A stretch of DNA of 64,000 nucleotides, taken from Prorocentrum cordatum. Its lineage: Eukaryota. The position numbers were made by a program, and so were the translations under genes. The first letter of the stretch is position 1, and every line of letters starts with the position of its first letter. Location of the stretch: contig CAUYUJ010000225.1 in the NCBI GenBank assembly GCA_963575745.1, positions 620,001 through 684,000 of the forward strand, written 5' to 3'. The notes under the pieces are model-generated. The model saw nothing but the letters and a program-made list of their open reading frames with translations, made no database searches and was not told the DNA's origin. Of the stretch, positions 25,277 to 38,481 are shown one piece after another.

Positions 25277-26489
25277 TACTGTTTGGTCAGCAGGCTCGCG
25301 AGGCGAATCAAAAAGCCGTCCGAACATTAGTCGAACCGCGACTAAGCAGCAGGAAAAGAAATGCAAGCAAAGCGAGCGAGCGGGCAGCCACACAGAAAGA
25401 GAGCCAGCACCGATACTCCCAAACCCGGTGGCGTTTGAAACCCCAGTGGCGACCAGCAAGTAAGCGCAGCCAAAATGGCGCGGCGGCGCGACCATAAACA
25501 CGCAGAGGTCGGTCGCTCGGTGTGAGTCGGGCAAACAGCACCGTCAGAGACGAACTAGACCGACAGGCACACCCAGACGACAGGTTGGTGGTGTTACACG
25601 AAACGTTTTAGAATATGAACATGTGTGGGTGACGCCGATCCAACGATCCAGCGCCTGACGCCGTGAATCGACGGCGAACAACCGAACCCTACCCTCGCCG
25701 ATCAAAGACTCGAGCAACTCGATGGGCGACGGGGGTTACGGTTCGGAAGTCGTCGAGCACATGGCGCCATCCGGACCCTACCCCTGCCTCCCATCGCTTC
25801 AGGAGAATCGATGGCTGGTGGGGGCAAGGCCCGGATGCCGCCACCTGGTGAGCAAGTCAGGGCGGGCAAGTTCTCCGGCAGCTCTCGGCCTTAAAAGGGG
25901 CGCCGTCAAGAAGCCCCAGGGTCCCCGAACGGCGCGGCGGCAGGCCGCACAGCGACTTGGGAATCCCCAGAAAGACCTCACCGCACGGTCCGCCTTCGCA
26001 CGGTTTACGGTCTGGGGACCCAGGAGGCCCCAAACGCCCGAGACCTCTTCAAACAACGACCCAAGTTCCCAAGCCGTGCCGTTACCCCATCTATCCCTAC
26101 TGACTCGGACACACGTCATCCAGCGGAACCGGTCAGAAACGACAAGTGCCAGATTGCGTCTTGCAGAATGGTGATGCGAATGTTGCGTCGCGCGCTTGAA
26201 GACGATGGCTTATTCGCAAGCGCGCGCCTTTGCCTCCCCAGCAATGTTCCTGTGTAGGAGTTCTGTTATAGACATATTGTCCATGTGGCGTTGTGCGTTT
26301 GCTTGGAAGCGCTTCCGAACGGTACTAAGTCACTTGTGAGTGACCACTGTTTGCTGCTTCGCGCATTCCCACCAACCCACGCAAAATCAATCACAAAGCG
26401 AGCTGCAACGACCAGGGATGTGCAGCATAATGCAGTCATGTTCTGTGATCCTCTTCGAAGCACCTTGGGGCGATGAGAGCCTCTTGGAG

Positions 26490-28800
26490 CCAATGTGAAA
26501 ATCCTTGTGGGCCCTCTTCGGGCCCTGGGGTCCTCCTGGGGGCCTTGAAGGACCTCTTCGGGTCGTTTTGGAGAGCATCGACCAAAGAAGGAAGGGGGAC
26601 CAAGCACCCGCCCCCCTCCGGAAGCAGAAGAATGGCCCTGTGGGGCTCTGTTGGCGCGTTCCTGGGGCGCTCTTGGGCGCTCTCGGGGCCGTCTTGGGCC
26701 CTTCTTGGGGCTCGCTGGGGCCATCTTCGAGCCCTCTTGAAGCCCCAAAACCCATCAGCGAAAGCGCGAGAATGCAACACATTGACAATATTTGGGTGTT
26801 TGAATGAAGATGGCTTCTTGGAGGGGTCCTTGGGAGACTCCGTGGCCACTTGAAACCATGGTGCGGCGGTCTTGCGGCTCGTTGGACGCACGTTGGAAGC
26901 TACGCTGAACCATGTTGGGCTGCATTGTGCAATCTCGGAGGCAAGCTTGGGTTAACGGGGCCCTCTTGGGGCTGTCCGAGAGGCATCCTGGACCCTCCAA
27001 CGACCGGCGGAACAACCCCGATATTCCCAGGAAGAGAGGATAGCGGGAGAGGTGAACCTCCCCTCCATGTTAAGAACGAGATTGTAATAACTACGCCGCT
27101 GAACCATATACGCCCAAAGAGCTGCTTGGACTCGGTTGCCGTTGTGCGTAACCGTATTATCCTTTATATCCTCGTCTGCCTCCTTCTCATTCCTCCGCTT
27201 TTCCTTCGGCGGCGGAACAGCCCCTGCATTCCCAGGAACAGACGGCAGGGGGTGAGGCGAACCTCCCCCCCAACAGCAGAAAGAGGTTGTGAGAAATATG
27301 CACCTGAACCATACACGCCCAAAAGGCTGGTGGGAGTCGGTCGACACTGCGCGTCACTGTATTCCCTCTATCTCTCCATCTGCCTCCTTCTCGTTCCTCC
27401 CCTCTTCCAGTGGCGTCGGAACCACGATGCCGCCAAACTCGCCCCTGACGTCCGAGCGTGGAAAACGCCGCGAGCGCCGGCGGCATCGGACGCAGGATGC
27501 CGCCTCGTACGCCCTCGTCCATGCTCTTTCTTTCCTGTCCTTCCACCCCCATTGTCCCTCCTGTCTTATTCCAGGGGTCGGGAAGCCAGGATGAGCCGAG
27601 AAGTCGGCACATCAGCCCTGACCACGTCCCTCGCCGGCGGCCTGCTCGAACGGGAACCGACCTTTTTGTTTCCATGTGTTTTTCACACCAGTTTTCACAT
27701 TTTTTCCGCATAGCTGTTCACCAAGGCTTTCACCAGCCAACAAAAAACATATTTTCACACCCCGTCGGCCCCAGTGCCCACAGGGGGCGCATGTTTTCCA
27801 GCCCATGGAGCGAGAGCCCGGCCTGAAGCGCAGCCGAGCCCGCCTGGTCCGCTCGGCGCCCCCGGCAGGCCGCCCGCGCGGGGCGGGCTCTGGGCAGATG
27901 TGCCGACTTCTCGGCTCACTCGGGCCTCCTGGCCTCTGGAGTAAGACGGGGGGACACTTGGGGTGGAAGGGCAGGAAAGGCAGGGACGAGGGCGCACGAG
28001 GCGGCATCCTGCGTCCGATGCCGCCGGCGCGCGCAGCATCTTCCACGCCCCGGCGTCAGGGGCGAGTTTCCGAGGCCAAAGGAAGAGGGGAGGAAGGAGG
28101 CAGACGAGGATATCAAGGATAATACGGTTACGCACAATGGCGACCGAATCCCGCCAGCTCTTTGGGCGTACATGGTTTACCGGCATAGTTCTTGCAACCT
28201 CTTTCTTAACATGGAGGGGGTTTACCTCTCCCCCTATCCTCTCTTCCTGGGTCTGGAGGGGGCGTTCCGCGGGTCGTTGGAGGGTCCAGGATGCCCCCCA
28301 GACGGCCCCAAGAGGGCCCAGCTAGCCCAAGATGGCCTCCAAGATCGCACAAGACAGCCCGATATGGTTCAGCGTAGCTTCCAACATGCTTCCAATTTCT
28401 TCTAATTGTGCCCCAAGACGGTTCCAAGTGGCCACGGAGGCTCCCAATGACACTCCCGAGAGGCCAGAAACGTTCAAACCCAAAAGGAATCAGGGTGTGA
28501 TTGTCTTCTCGCATGTTTGCTTCTCGTGTGCTGTCGAAGCTTCACAATGGTTCCAAGATGGCCCATACGAACCCCGAGAAGGGCCCAAGAGGGACCCAAG
28601 ACGGCACCAAGAGCGCCGCGCTCCAAGAGGGCCACAAAAGGCATCTGTTCGGCCTCAGAGATGGGGGGGCGGGGGGGGGGCGGAATTGATCCCCCCCTTC
28701 TTTGATCGATGACCTCGAAGATGGCCTCAAGTGGCCCCTCAAGGCCACCAGGAGAGCCCAAGAGGCCCCCTAAGAACGCAAAAAGCCTGCAAACTGGCCC
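26490..28800. repeat. Large imperfect inverted repeat (arms ~26490-27650 and ~27860-28800)
   Basis: e.g. CGGCGGCATCGGACGCAGGATGCCGCCTCGT at ~27478 vs its reverse complement at ~27996; CGTAACCGTATTATCCTT at ~27148 vs ~28114. Confidence 0.85.
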
Positions 28801-30105
28801 CAAGCGGACTGCCAGAGTGTCCCACGAAAACCCCGAGATGCATGTTGGAGGCTCCCAGAGCGTAAGCGCATGCTGCTACGCATCCTTGGTCAAGTCAAAT
28901 CGCCTGGTGATTGTTTTTGGAGGGGTTGCGGGAATGCTTTTTCGGTCGCGTCCGCTAGCGAAAGCACAGGCGGAGTCAGAAGCTGTCCGGGGCGTGGAAG
29001 CAGGTCTAATTAGCTACAGGGCGCGCAGCAGGCCGGCCGGGCAAAGGGGTTGCGGGAATGCGCGGAGCGTCAGAAATAAGCCAGACAGCTCGCGTAGCAA
29101 ACTCGTTCTGAAAACATATCGCCCGCAACCCTCGCAAGACGTTGTGGCGCACCCCGTCGAAAAGGCATCAGAAACAGACTGCTTCGAACCCAGGCGCTCA
29201 ACCGACTGTCCAAGCCAACAACACATTCCGCAACAAAACAATTAGCCTGACAAAGGACCCGACCATGTGCAGCTGCGAGTGCAGCAAGACAGGTAGAAAC
29301 CAAAGGGAGAAAAGGCTGGCAGAAGGACTACGGCCTGCGTGGGAAGGACGGAGCGACATTGCTGATGGGGTCGCAGAGGTTGGCCGCAAACGGGTTACAT
29401 CTGGATGCAACCCATTAGGGCTGACCTGCGCGTCTGTCAGCGCGGCCCCCGTGGGCGGCATGCGGCGGGGCCTCCGGTGGAGCTCCCTCGGGGCCGCGAA
29501 GCGCGAGCGGTGTGCCGAAATCGGCGCGGTCACGCATGAGATTCTTGCCGCTGGGGCCGTGGGTGGAGCTCAACACGGGGCCACGAAGCGTGTCAGACAT
29601 TGGCGTGGACATGCAGGTGACTCTTGAAGCTGATGCCCTATCTATTCCACGGCGTGCGCAAGGCTCGCTGCCAGCGCCGTCAGCTCGAGAGAGTCCCAGC
29701 GCGGCCACCCAGGGCGGCAGCCGCGCTGAGCTCCGCAGCTGCCGCGCGGGCAGGGCGCCCATGGTGGGCCGCCGCAGGGCTGCGAAAGGTCGCAGCAAAC
29801 ACGCCTGCGCAACAGCGCCACGCGAACACCGGGCCACACCAGAGCGTCAGAATGCCAGAAATCGACATCGAGCCGGACCGATCGGACCGAAGTGGGCCCT
29901 GACCTCGGCTCACAAATCTCTGGCGATATATGATCTTGCCAAGCCGGCAGGTTTCTCCTGGCTTGTGCCTCGGGGGCCGCTCTCGCGCCCAGGGGCAACC
30001 AAGACCGGCTCTGGCGCGGAAAGCTGTCCCTGGGGAGGGGGTCGGGAGCCTCGAGGCCGCGGACTGAAAACATCAGGTCGGCGGACATCAGGGTTTCTGG
30101 GTCAT

Positions 30106-30268
30106 TGAAGGGGCCCCAGGACACACAAATAAATACACACACATAAAATAATTCCACATATTTTCCAATATTTTCTGGGTTTTTGTCTTCCCGCCCACTG
30201 CCCATATTTTCCTATATTTTCTGGGGGATCGACGATTAATTGTGTCTGTGTGTTTCTTTCCCTCCTGA
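30106..30268 (+). mobile_element. Family A short element, copy 8
   Basis: Full consensus ends; TSD not recognisable (gtcat/gagtc). Confidence 0.88.
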
Positions 30269-30850
30269 GAGTCGGAGTCCAGTCCACAAGAAGCCCTCCA
30301 CAGGAAGCCCAACCCTGAGACCCCAGGACGTCCACACTGACTTTCGGCGTGGAGACGCCACGCCTTCCACAGCGCAGCCATCGAAACCCAGGAAACCCAG
30401 GGCACCCCAGAGGCAAACAGGGTGCTTCTTGGCATGGGCCCCCACTGTAGCTCGGGTCTCTGGCGGCCGTTCGGGACGATCCGGGCGGCCCTGGGACGCT
30501 CCTGGCGAGGCGCAGCTGCTGGAGCGCACCCCGAGGTGGGGAAACCTCTGGGAGCAGTTGGAAGCGACCGAAACCATCGAAAAGCTCGAAGCTCGATCGA
30601 CCCTGCCTCGCCCGCCGCGGCGTCCCTGACTCCGCCTCCGCCGTACTTGGGCTGATTCTCCGCACTGGAAGTGCGATGCGAAAAAGTAGGGCGTAAATCT
30701 GCCGCCTCTGGAATGCAGGGCGGGCCCATCCGCCAAGGTGTGGCGGGAACGGCGGTGGCAACGCGGGGCGGAGATCGGCATCCGAGGAGCCTGCACGGTG
30801 AGGCGGACACCTCCGCCCTGCCTACAACACCGCCCCAGACACGGCCGAAC

Positions 30851-30986
30851 CTCCATCGACCCCGCCTCGCCCGCCTCGGCGTCCCCTCGCTCCGCCGCCG
30901 CCCCGCTCTGCGACGTGGGCGCCAGCAGCCCGCGCAGGCGGGCGTCCAGGAGCGCGGCGGGGCGGAGGTCCGCGAGCAGCACCGTG
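30851..30986 (-). CDS. Probable upstream exon of the LRR gene (TVLLADLRPAALLDARLRGLLAP...AGSME)
   Basis: Coding-like codons and GAG|GTTCGG donor in phase 0 matching the 23513 acceptor; its own acceptor (AG|C) is atypical and uncertain. Confidence 0.5.
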
Positions 30987-31008
30987 CTCCGTGGCCGCTC
31001 ATTGTGGA

Positions 31009-31213
31009 GGCCTCCCAGGTGGGGTCCGAGCAGAGGGGGGTCGGAGGATCGCGCCGCATCGCCGATGCACCGGCGATGCATCGCCGACGCCAGCGATGCA
31101 TCGGCGCCCTCGGCGTGGAGAACATCGGGCTCCATATCGAGCCGCATCGGCGATGCATCGGCGATGCGGCGCGATCCTCCGACCCCACTCGCTCCGGCCC
31201 CATCTGGGAGGCC
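31009..31213 (+). mobile_element. Family B MITE (partial fourth copy ~57500-57650)
   Basis: TIR GGCCTCCCAG...CTGGGAGGCC; same interior as 18372-18569. Confidence 0.85.
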
Positions 31214-31949
31214 CAGATCCTGGGAACCTCCCATGCCATGCCAAGCGATGTCGCCCGAGGGCGCCAGCCATCGAGCCTGCGCGGCAAGGCTTCCGAGAGA
31301 GCGCGCGGGGCGCCCCATGCGGGGGCGACGCCCACGCAGCACCAGTTTGCTCGGGCGATGCCGGGGGACACTCGGCACCGAGTCGGGGGCATCGGATCGG
31401 ATTCGAGCGTGCGCCGGGCCCGGGCGCATCGGCACGGGGGCCGGAATCGGCTCGGAGCAGCCGCGATGGGACGCGCTGCAGCGCCACGCGAACATCGAGC
31501 CGCATCAAAGCGTCGGAATATCGGAATCGAAAAGGATCGGGCTGGCTGGCGTCGGTGTCGAATCGGATCGATCGGGTCGGCATGGCCTGCTCGGGCGGTC
31601 TTCGTTGACCCATCGGGCCCGCGAGGCCCTGGCACGCGCGGGCCTGTGAGGCCCGGGCGCTCTCTCCCTGCATGCCGCTCTCTCCATCCTCTCCTCCCCA
31701 TAGAAGTTCTCTCCTCTGCATCCTGTTCTCTCCTCTCCAGTGCTCTCTCCTCTCCATCCTGTTGCCTCCATCTCTCCATCCTCTCCTCCCATCCTCCATG
31801 TTCTTTTCCTCCCTCATATAAGCCTCTACTGGCGGGCCGCCGACCGCGCGGGGCGCGTCGAGGGGCTCGAGACGGCGCTGGACCAGCCAACTCGCAGGGG
31901 TGGTCCTTGGAGCTCTCTGGGGGAAGCTGAAATATAGGGCGAGCGGGAT

Positions 31950-34900
31950 TGATGTGGCAAGAGTGGGGCAATTCCACTCCCCGGGCGCGCCAGGAAGACC
32001 CAGCCACAGCCACATCCAACCCGGAGTCCGCCAACAAGTCACTGGCCATCTTGCCGCCCCGCTTTGCACATGGCCCGGCAAGTCTCAGAAGCAAGCTTTC
32101 TGGCTGCATGGACGAGCTTCAAAGCGACGTGTGGATGGCGCACTGGAGTGATGTCGAACAGGAAAATGATACGCATCGCCGTCTTCGTCGAGCCGCATGC
32201 CGAATAATTCAAATCCGAGGATGGTTTGGGAAATAGAGCTGTCGCGAACAAGCGCCACCAAGCACGAAAACTACACCACTGACCTGGAGTCGCTCGTGCC
32301 ATGTAAAATGACGATCTTTAAGACGGCGCATTTCAACCCAGGAAGTCGAACACCTGGAGCATAATCCGAAGAACTTCGTCTAATTCGTATGCGCGAGCCA
32401 CTCGTGGTTGCGCGCGCCGCGCTCGCGGCAGGTCGTGCAGCGCCGAGGAGATGGAATAGGATCACCACCTTGAATTACGACAGTCGCCTCCGCCTCCCAC
32501 TGCTTAGACAACGCTGTCAGTGACGGCGCGTTGTCCGACAAACCGGGGCTGAATGCGTCTTCGGCGGCGCTGATAGAACAAGCCCCCTCGGGGCGCGGCG
32601 CGGTGCTCTTGGACTGTCCAGGGGCGCTGGCGTCGCCAGCGTCAACGTCTACGGCGGAGTCGACGTCGCAGTCGTCGTCCGTCAGGTCAGCGCCGCAATC
32701 GCTGGAAGCGTCGAGCGCAAGTGTCACGCTGCCGTACTTTGCCTCGCCCTCATCCGACATGCTTTCCCGGAGATCCTGCGCGGCCCCGTCGCGCCGCAAC
32801 GCTCGCGGGGCTCATCGCCAGAGCCTGCCCCGGCGCCCCGGCACTTCCAAGCGCTGGGGGACCTCCTCGGCCCGCTGGCGACAGCGGCCGTTTCTGGAAG
32901 CGCGCGGCGCCCGAGAAGGGCGGCCCCTCTGGGGGCCGCGGCGGAGGGCCACTCGCGCCCGGGGCTGGCCACGCCGCCTCCTGCGAGCGCGGACGTTTGC
33001 AAAGCCACCGCCTCGCGCAGAACGCCCTTGATGGTAAGGCCCCCCATGGAATCTCCAGCTTGGCAGCCGTGCCGATTGCCGGCGCGGCGACTCCCGACGT
33101 CTGCCGGCACCTGCAGCGGCCTCGCCCGCGCGGGGAGGAGGCGGGCGCCGGGGCCGCCTGGGCGAGAAGGATATCGCGAGGGGGGCCCGTGGCACGTCCC
33201 CCCCCACTGGGCGACCGCCTGCCCGGACAGGGCCGCGCCCCCCCGATGGTTTGCTCGCGGCGCCGGCGGTCATCGGACCCCGCAGGGGGCCTCCCACTTC
33301 GGCCCTGGAAGACCCGGGCCTCGACATTTGACAACTGCGCCCAGCGCCGCGCAGGGGTCGCTTCGCCGCGGGCGCCGCGGCGGCCCCTGCGGCGCGCGCG
33401 CGCCGCGCTGGCCGAAAGGCTGGTTGGCCGGTTCCCCCTGGCCGGGTTGGGAAGCGCCCGCGGCCGCAAGGTTGTCTGCGACCACTCTTCGGCCACCCTG
33501 ATGCGGATGCCATTTTCGAGGCGTCGATCCACAACCCTGAACGTGTCGCACTCGCCGAGGACAGACTCGAAGCGGCAACGCAGCCCCGTCAGCCCGGACA
33601 GGTTGATCTTACGGAGCGCTTTGATGAAGTTCCCGTTCTCGACGTCCTCGACCTCGAAGTACCGTTGCTAAGTCAGACAGCTGCCTCCGCTCAGAGTCGA
33701 CGCTTCAAACTGCGCCAGGTGCTGCTGGGCAGCGAGGGCCGGCGAGCAGCGGGGGCGCAAGCGGCGACGGCCGCCCCAGGCCGAGAAGGCCTTCTGGACG
33801 CTACTGCTGTCCTTCCAGAAACATGCCACCTGGGCGTAGAACGATCGCCAGGGACACTGGCTCCGGGCGGCTACTTTCCAGCGCGCACCTGTCACGCATG
33901 AGGGCCGCGGTTTTCCCCTTGCGGCCATGCTTCGCAGCGCCGCGCTCCTTGCGATCAGAACCTACTTGAGCTGGGACTCCCACGGCCCCGGCCGCCCCCT
34001 CGGCGGCTCGCCAAAACGCATGCCGACGATCTGGCAATGCTTTGTGGAGGAGCCTGGGCCCAATGCCGCGGAAGTCAGGGATTGGCCGGAATTGCGGGAG
34101 ACAGCGGAGGCACGCCCACCACCTCACAAGAATTGGGATGTCCGGGCGGCAGAACAAAAGAATTACAACATCGATCGCGCCAACTCGTCGACCACCTTCT
34201 TCGGACAACTGCAACATCAAGCCACCATGTTCCGAATCTTCAGGACCCTCTGCCCAGAATCGCAGCTCAGCGAGATCCCCCTCCTCTGGGCCCCACCCGC
34301 TGGTCACAGGGATAATTATCCACGGACTCCCCACGAACGCCCGGCGTCGGCGAAGCGTCTAACGCGACGGCCGCATCTCCCAAAGACTTCTGCAATGCAT
34401 GCAAGGCGCAGAGCATGGCATTGACCACCGCGTTCCCCCAGTTCGCCGCCGCCCGGCATCTAAAGAGAGCCCGCGCGCCGACCGAGCTCAGCTGGTTTGC
34501 CGAGCAGAGGATGCGCACCAAGATCGCCGAACTCCTCGATGGGATTGGGCTCGCGCTTGCGCGTGCCGGCGAATATGTTGGCGGCCGAGTTCGCGGTGAA
34601 CGCGCGTGGCGGAGTTGCGCGCGCTGCCAGCACGCTGCCAAGTTGCCTCGCATCCTCGTCGTGAGAGATGCATCCCCGTCTGAACCACCGCCGTTGTATT
34701 ATTACTTGCTGCGCCCCGAGGGCTTCGGCGAGGGGGTTCGGCTGCGCCTTCGCCTGTGGCTTCGCATTGTTTATCCGAGTGTCTCTTCAGCCATTTGACA
34801 CCAGCTGGGGTACTTTGATGTCCTCGAGGGGCCAGCAAAGCCGTTCGGCTCTTGGCGAAAGGGCCCAGGAGCACCGACGTCAACTGATTCGTTTCGCCCC

Positions 34901-35330
34901 CCTTCCATTATCCACGATGAAATCTGGTCGCTGCACGCCCTCGATGATATTGTTGGCGCAGCGCTGCTGCCTGGCATGGTGGGCCATCGCCATGCCTGGC
35001 TTGACGTTGGAAACTGTTGCCGTATAGCTCTTAAAACGACGAGCCAGGCAGGAATGATATTCCTGCGGGCTTGCTGCGAAACGCATTGCTTTGATAGCTG
35101 AGCTCGTGAACTCGCGGCCGCGGTCGCGATTCTTCTTGCGCGTGGCCACGGTCAACTTCTGCTTGCGATTCTGCTTGCGCTTGGCCACGGTCAGCTGTTC
35201 CTGGTTGCGCGCCGCGCTGGCGGCGTTGAACTTGTGGACGCGAGCATCAAATGCTCCCACCTGCTTGGCACACTCACGATCTGATTGCTCGATGCATTTG
35301 CCCACGCGCAGGACGATGCCCATGCCCCCT
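31950..35330. pseudogene. Block of decayed intronless coding-like sequence on both strands, probably cargo of a large TE or endogenous virus
   Basis: Protein-like stretches broken by stops (QRYFEVEDVENGNFIKALRKINL...; RRCTTC...LCSRCS; QQRCANNIIEGVQRPDFIVDNG); no domain confidently recognised. Confidence 0.3.
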
Positions 35331-36979
35331 CGGGAGGCAGGGACACGAGGGGGAGAGCGAAAGGAGGGCGGAGAAAGGAAGGAAGGACGGCGGAATGAGG
35401 GATTGGGATTGCACGCGCGTTGAACCATCTGGCCGCTACGCATAGGCGGCACTGCAGCTAGCAGAAGGCTCATGGAAATCATCCGCACGGGCACCAAGTG
35501 AACTAGTTCAAAGCAGTAAGTCCCACCGATCCCGCCCCTAACTAACCACCACCTCCATGAGAACCATCGAGTGGTAGTTGGCGGGCAGGTAGCGCTGAAA
35601 AGGTCGCAGTGCAAGGCCCTCGGCGGTCTTACAGACCGCAGGGGACTGCCATTCAAAAGAGAGCAAAATGCGCGTCTCCGACTCGCAACCGTGGTCAGGA
35701 AGAGAGGGGAGCATGGGCGGTCCTGCTCGGGCGATGGCGAAGCGCCCCCGAACGCCGAGCCATATCACAGATACACCAGTCAATGTCTGACAAAGAGGGG
35801 AGCACACAAGCGGGCAAAGGTCTGCGCACCCTGCCTCTGCGCATCTGCTCCCTCTCCTGACGGGCGGGGGGACGTGTACCCGGCGGGCGGCACGGGGAGG
35901 GGAAGCACACAACGCGTTCTGATCTGAACCAGCAAACCTTGGCGACGCGTGACCCCTAAAGGCTCAACTCGAAGATCGTCGGCCGCTCGGCTCTACCCCG
36001 AGGGCACCCGGCGTACGCGGCACGGGTGGGCGGCGGCCGCACGCGGGGGCGTTCGCTGTTTCTCTGCTGCGCCGCTCGCCGATCCCAGCCCTGAACCCAA
36101 ACTCCATCCTCCCTCCCTGGCAGTAACGTCGCACGCGTCGCGAGCTTGGCGGAAGGAGGATGGAGGAAGGAGGGACGGCGGGGCGAGGTGACGAGGGGGG
36201 CGACCAGACGAGGGGCGAAGGGCGAGGGGCGAAGGGGACGGGGGAGGGGAGAAAAGGAGGGCACCCACTGTCTTCCGCGAGTCTGCCTTCCTTGGCATTC
36301 ACGAGGCCTTGCCCTGCAGGTCGTCGCCTCGGGGCGGCCGCTCGGCCTCGAGGATGCAAGGCCTTCCTCCGCCCGCGGGCCAACGGTTCTTCTGCGTGCT
36401 TCATGTGGCTTTCGAGCCCCGGGCCGAACTGGTGACGGGAAAAGGGCACACGCGGCCGTCACGCGGCGACAAGGAATCCTTAGATAAGGAATCGACGGTC
36501 TGGAACCCAGTGGAACTCCAATCGTGGATCGGCCATGGAAATATGGATCTTGCATGTCACATGTCACCGCCGCCCTCGTCAGACAAGGAGCCCACCAACA
36601 TTCTTAACGAACGCCCCCGCCGCATTGGGGTCTCCCCCCATGGCCTCCCATCGCAACGTCAGTAAAAGCACAGTGAGCACGTAGATTAATGATGTGTGGT
36701 GAGGACGCAAGACCCTTGGAGGCCGAAGTTGGGAATTTTGGGCGGCGGGCGAGGAGCGAACATGGCAAAGGACGGGCCGCAGTGGCAAGGACGCAAGGGT
36801 AGCATAGAAAAGGTGCGCGTCACTACTATGCGCGCTGATATATACCATCGGAGGTGAGGGGGTGAGATCGAAGTGGAACGGAGGGCCCCCCCTACCTGGA
36901 AATCGGTTTCGGTTTCGTGTTCGTGCGTGCCGTGCGTGCGGGCGAAGCGAAGCTGCGTGGGCGGGCGAGAAGAAAGTCT

Positions 36980-37221
36980 CCTCCGGCTGAGGCGCGGCCG
37001 GACCAAATGACTCCCTTCCGGGGGCTGGTGGCCCGCGGTGTCCCGCCGGTGTCCCGCTGTGGCTGAGGCGCGGCTGGACCAAATGACTCCCTTCCGGCGT
37101 CCGGTGGCCCGCGGTGTCCCGCCGGTGTCCCGCCGGTGTCCCGTCGGTGTCCCGATGATGACGGTGATGATGATGTCGATGATGTTGATGATGATGATGG
37201 TGGTGATGATGATGGTGTCCC

Positions 37222-37261
<40 letters not shown>

Positions 37262-37387
37262 GTGATGGTGATGATGCTGTTGACGATGTTGATGATGATG
37301 ATGTTGGTGATGCTGATGATGGTGTCCCGATGATGATGTTGATGATGATGCTGATGTTGTCGATGATGATGATGATGATGGTGTCCC

Positions 37388-37448
<61 letters not shown>

Positions 37449-37981
37449 TTGGTGATCATGATGATATTGATGATATTGGTGATGATGGGATGATGTGCTG
37501 ATGATGATGCTGATGATGATGATGATGCTACTGGTGTCCCGATGATAATGGTGATGATGAGGTTGATGATGGTGTTGTTGATGATGATGGTGATGATGAT
37601 GGTGGCCCGAAGATGATGATGCTGATGATGATGACGATGATGGTGTTCCGATGATGATGATGATGTTGATGATGATGAAGATGATGATGAGGTGATGATG
37701 ATGATGATTTTGATGTGGCCCGGTGATGATGATGTTGATGCTGATATTGGTGATTGTGTCCCAATGATGATGATGGTGATGATGATGGTGACGATGATGA
37801 TGGTGTCCCGATGATGATGATGATGATGATGATGATGGTGATGTTAATGCTGATGTTGCTGATGGTGAGGATGGTGTCCCGATGGTGATGTTGATGATGT
37901 TGTTCATGATGATGGTGATGATGGGATGAGGATGGTGATGATGATGGTGCTGTTCCGATGCTGATGATGATGATGGTGTCC

Positions 37982-38016
<35 letters not shown>

Positions 38017-38140
38017 GTGACGATGATGGTGTCCCGATGGTGATGATGGTGATGACGATGATGTTGATGGTGATGAGGTGGTGATGATGATGGTGCCCCG
38101 ATGAGGATGATGCGGATGACGTTGATGACGATGATGTTGG

Positions 38141-38179
<39 letters not shown>

Positions 38180-38481
38180 CGACGTTGATTGTGAGATGGA
38201 TTGTGATATCGATAGTGGGATCGATAGTGAGACTGAATGTGAGATCGATTGTGATATCGATAATGGAATCGATTGTGAGATCGATAGTCAGATCGATTGT
38301 GAGATCGACCGAATGAAATAGATCAAGTGAGATCGAGTGTGAGATCGATCGAGTTAGATCGATCGGGCGAGACCGATAGTGAGATCGACAGTGAGATCGA
38401 TAGTGAGACCGATCGAGTGAGACGTTGGTTCCCCCCTCCCCCCCGAACCTCCTTATCACCGAAGGGTGGTCGTATATGTAT
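36980..38481 (+). mobile_element. Family D element: GTGTCCCG array, 1-kb (GAT)n tract, GAGATCGAT array and conserved end GAAGGGTGGTCGTATA
   Basis: Colinear with ~44580-45490; same end reversed at 51463-51665 (two tandem ends); left boundary uncertain. Confidence 0.65.

Noticed and set aside
25468..25479. 12-nt match (GCCATTTTGGCT, minus strand) to the dinoflagellate spliced leader; weaker matches at ~43424 and ~58544
   Set aside because: The matches are short and incomplete, and none is followed by a convincing gene start.
36308..36362. 55-nt candidate exon (PCILEAERPPRGDDLQGK)
   Set aside because: An equally plausible exon can be read on the other strand; there is no homology or phase link.
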